A stretch of 64,000 nt of DNA from Heterodontus francisci (lineage: Eukaryota). A program made the translations under genes and the position numbers. The first letter of the stretch is position 1. Every line of letters begins with the position of its first letter. The DNA lies in NCBI RefSeq assembly GCF_036365525.1, contig NC_090396.1, positions 53,987,297 to 54,051,296 on the forward strand, given 5' to 3'. Positions 60,717 to 64,000 of this stretch are shown here, in pieces. Below the pieces are notes generated by a model. The model was not told the DNA's origin. It saw nothing but the letters and a program-made list of their open reading frames with translations, and did no database searches.

Positions 60717-63700
60717 CACCTTTTAAAGTGATCTAGCCTAGTGTAATGAAAGATGTATCTTTTACAATGTGTAGAAGTACGGTGATCTGATTTGGGTGTA
60801 AACTTCATTTTCTATCCCATCAACCCAACCATTAGGAAGTAGCTTAATTTCTTAGATTTGTGCATGCGTTGAGTGATACCTAAAATATAATTTTAAGCTA
60901 GTGAGCTTGCAATGAGGAATGTTTTATTTTAAAATATATTTTTAGTAGTTTTGATCATCACTTGAACCCTTTAATCCAAGATGCCATGATCCTTTTTAAT
61001 CTGAGAAACAACGACACTCCATTTCTCCTCTTTCCTCTCAAAAGTTGCGAATCCAAGGCCCAATACAGGAATTCAGCTCAAAAGCTGGAAGCATTTTGCT
61101 CTAAGCAATATGACTTCTGAACTTACCTGCATAGTCAATTCACTTCAAAGTAATGCATTGTATCTGAAGTGCAAACATTTCTAAAAGTTTTTTTTTAAAG
61201 CAAACAGCATGGATTTTTCCAGATGTATTTTTTCACCAAAAGCACAAATTTGCCAGTTGGATTCAGTCAGTCTGCATTATATTCACATGGTACTTAATAC
61301 ATTGTGGGCTCAATTTTAATTAACTCCTGCCCCAGATGGTGGAAACCAGGCAAGGAGGGGTGAGGGCACTTAAAATGGAGCCCAGCGGACTCAGCCACTT
61401 CTTTCCCATCCTTCTCTGGACTGCAATTTTAAACTATACAGATCAGGCTCCAACGATGTAATGGGGGCCTGAGCGGGGAGCAGTGGTGGCTTCCCCAAAA
61501 AGCAGCCAGGACCAGCAAAGTAAATTTTAAAACTTAAAAAAAAAGTGTTCTTATGAGCTGAGGGGATCAGGAGTGTTGGTGGTCCAATATGCTGTGCCAC
61601 TGATTGGTGTATGTCTCGTGGAAATTGGTGCCAGAACAACAATGATGGGGTTCTTGAACCAGATAATCAGGGAGCTGAGCACAAAGATGAGGGGAACTAA
61701 TACAGCATTAAAATTGAGGGAAAGTGTACAAAATAAAAAGTCACTTTCTTACAAGACTTCATCAGTATTGAAAAGCTCAACCTACATCATGTGTTGCAGC
61801 CATTTTTTGTGTTAATGAAATAACTATGGTAATCCATATGAGTGATGACATTCTATTCAATGGGTAAATCACGCACCTTAAATGATTTCTATTTAGCAAA
61901 TAGACCATTAAGAAGTAATGAACCAAAGTGAATTACAGCATCATTAGACAGTTCAGTTAACATCAACATTGGTGGAGTAAAATGCCCTTTGTTCGCAAGA
62001 TTCCATGGTATTTTAGAACAGATTTCAGGTAAAAGGAAATTTTACATGCATTAAAATGAGCATGTCACTTTTTTCATGTGAAGAGAACCAGAAATATGTT
62101 TTTTTAACATGACTTACTGATGTAACCCTGCATGCCAGTGTCCCAATAGATAACTAGACACATGGCAGGAACCTTTTTAATAGCACTCTTTTGTGGGAAA
62201 ACTACAAGGTTTTAGGCAGTCACTCTTCATTCTGGCAGGGCTGCTACACTTTGAATTATTCAAATCCCATAACCAAATTCTCTGGGCTTGTAAGTCAGGT
62301 GCATTCTGTCAGGAAAGGGTGTAGTTTCAATATCAGACAAGTGAAACTCTTTTTTTTTTTTGTAGGTGGATTTCCTTGCATGTTGGACACCTTGCTGAGC
62401 TTAAAAAATGGTGGATACAAGAAGGATTAATTCAAATTAACTAAATTTCTGTAGCTGTTACCAAAATCTCTACTTACTGGAAAAGTCTTCAAAGGTTAAC
62501 CTCTATTGATATCCTTGTTGAGGTTAATTAGTACTGAATATCCTGGAATCTAGTTATAATGAAACCAAATTAATTTCCACAAGCACATTGCATGAAGCTC
62601 TTTTGTATCCAGTAAAGGCAAGAGGTAATGGGAAATTTTCTCCTATGGGTAATGAACATGCAGAAATCCATCTGTGGTTTTTACTAGATGACATGCATGC
62701 AAATTTGAATTTAATACACTGTAACTTCCTTCATTTGATGTTGGTTACACAATTGCTATTGATGGGATTCTAATGCTAAAAATCCAATTTTTAAAAAAAA
62801 ATTGTAGATTTCTTTCAGTTTAATTTCCCAGAAAAGTAGTACTCCTGCTGTCCTATCAGGATTCCATGTTCCAAGTGGTCTCACAGAATAGAGTAGATGT
62901 GCATTTCCAATCATTAAGCAGCCGGGACCTGTTTTATGAGCATGACTAAATGAAGTGCTGTGTTTCTGACTTCAGCTGATTGGGAAGGAGAGAACACCGC
63001 AGCCCGAGGGCTGTAGTAGAGCAATTCCAATGAGACTGACTCATTTATTTTATTAATTGAAAAATTAAAGAATAGCTGTTTTTCTTAGTAATTACTAATC
63101 TGCTTAAAAAATCGGATGACTCTGCCTGCGCTTCTGGGGAGGCGGGGGGGGGGGGGGGGTAAATTTAAAATTAATTTGCTGAAACAATATTTTAGTGAAT
63201 TTCTAGAATAAATTCCCGTGAGTTGGTGGAAGCAGTTAGTAGTGATTCATTCAAATGCAAATTAGATTTCTTTCAGAAAATATCATTTTGGGATACAGTA
63301 TATGAGTAACTCAAGACATAACATGTGGTACGTGTAGCATCTTTGGGAGGGACAGATGGCTTTGGACCTATGGTTCCCAAAATCCTCTTGTCATGTGTCT
63401 GTTGACTAATGGATGGCTAATTATCATGTCACGTGACCGCCAGGGTGGCAGAAGTGAACTAGGTGCACTGTAGTTTTTTTTTTGTGTGCTTGCACTTCCT
63501 GCATTACTAAGGTGATTTCTGGGAGATGGGTTTCGTTAGCTGGTTGTTAATCGTGGAAAACACTGACATTCTTTTTCATTAACAGACTTGCATCCTTTTT
63601 TGTTTCTTGTCTTCCACAAATATGGGTTTGCAATTTGTACTCCAAAAGCAGTGAGCCAATGTCGTGAGACTGCACTACATTAATGCTGAGTCCTGGCAGG

Positions 63701-64000
63701 GAATTATTGGTTTGGAAGATTGTTACATTTTTGGATCTTTGCTCCCCTCCTGCTCTGAAATTATTTTGAGCTCTCCTATTTTGGATCACTTTCGTGAGCA
63801 AGTCCTACTCCTCATACCCTCGCCATTGCTTATCTTAAACGCAAGGTCTAGGCAAGTAATGCACCCTGAGTATCAACAGAGAAAATAGTGGGTTAGAATT
63901 TCTGCTGGGGCTCCTCCAACCATCCAACAGTTTGCCGTTTATCAGGGGTTTGAAAGAAAAGAAAAGCCCCTCACCCGCCAACAGAAATTCCAGGTGTCTC

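Larger units (their letters stand above)
54798..60735 (+). other. MAFG: Probable long MAFG 3' UTR
   Basis: AT-rich with no recognisable transposon; AATAAA at 60239, 60445 and 60711, the last preceded by several TGTA motifs. The endpoint is inferred. Confidence 0.6.

Noticed and set aside
18940-63159. Poly-C/poly-G runs (18940, 20305, 22043, 22768, 34010, 51610, 63144) as functional G-quadruplex or i-motif elements
   Set aside because: Simple homopolymer expansions, one inside an RTE copy, with no shared context; lengths are error-prone.

Overview
Vertebrate genomic DNA. The repeat content (HE1-type and Deu-domain SINEs, CR1 and RTE LINEs, Penelope-type hairpins) points to a cartilaginous fish (inference). 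The only cellular protein-coding gene supported is small Maf MAFG on the + strand: coding exon 35588-35623 (MTTTNKGNKALK) splices in phase 0 across an 18.7-kb intron to 54345-54797, giving 162 aa, followed by an apparently transposon-free ~6-kb 3' UTR. Bases 1-13277 are a ~46-bp-unit G/T-rich satellite with higher-order structure. Each unit carries two TGCTGA Maf half-sites, and the array runs straight into a CpG-containing candidate first exon followed by a cluster of MARE/ARE sites. A second candidate ARE+TATA promoter lies ~0.9 kb upstream of the start codon. The introns hold nested and inverted mobile elements: a 5'-inverted RTE with a TSD, a solo LTR with a TSD inside a CR1, a SINE inside a SINE, a fold-back element and hammerhead relics. 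An assembly gap spans 29249-30804.
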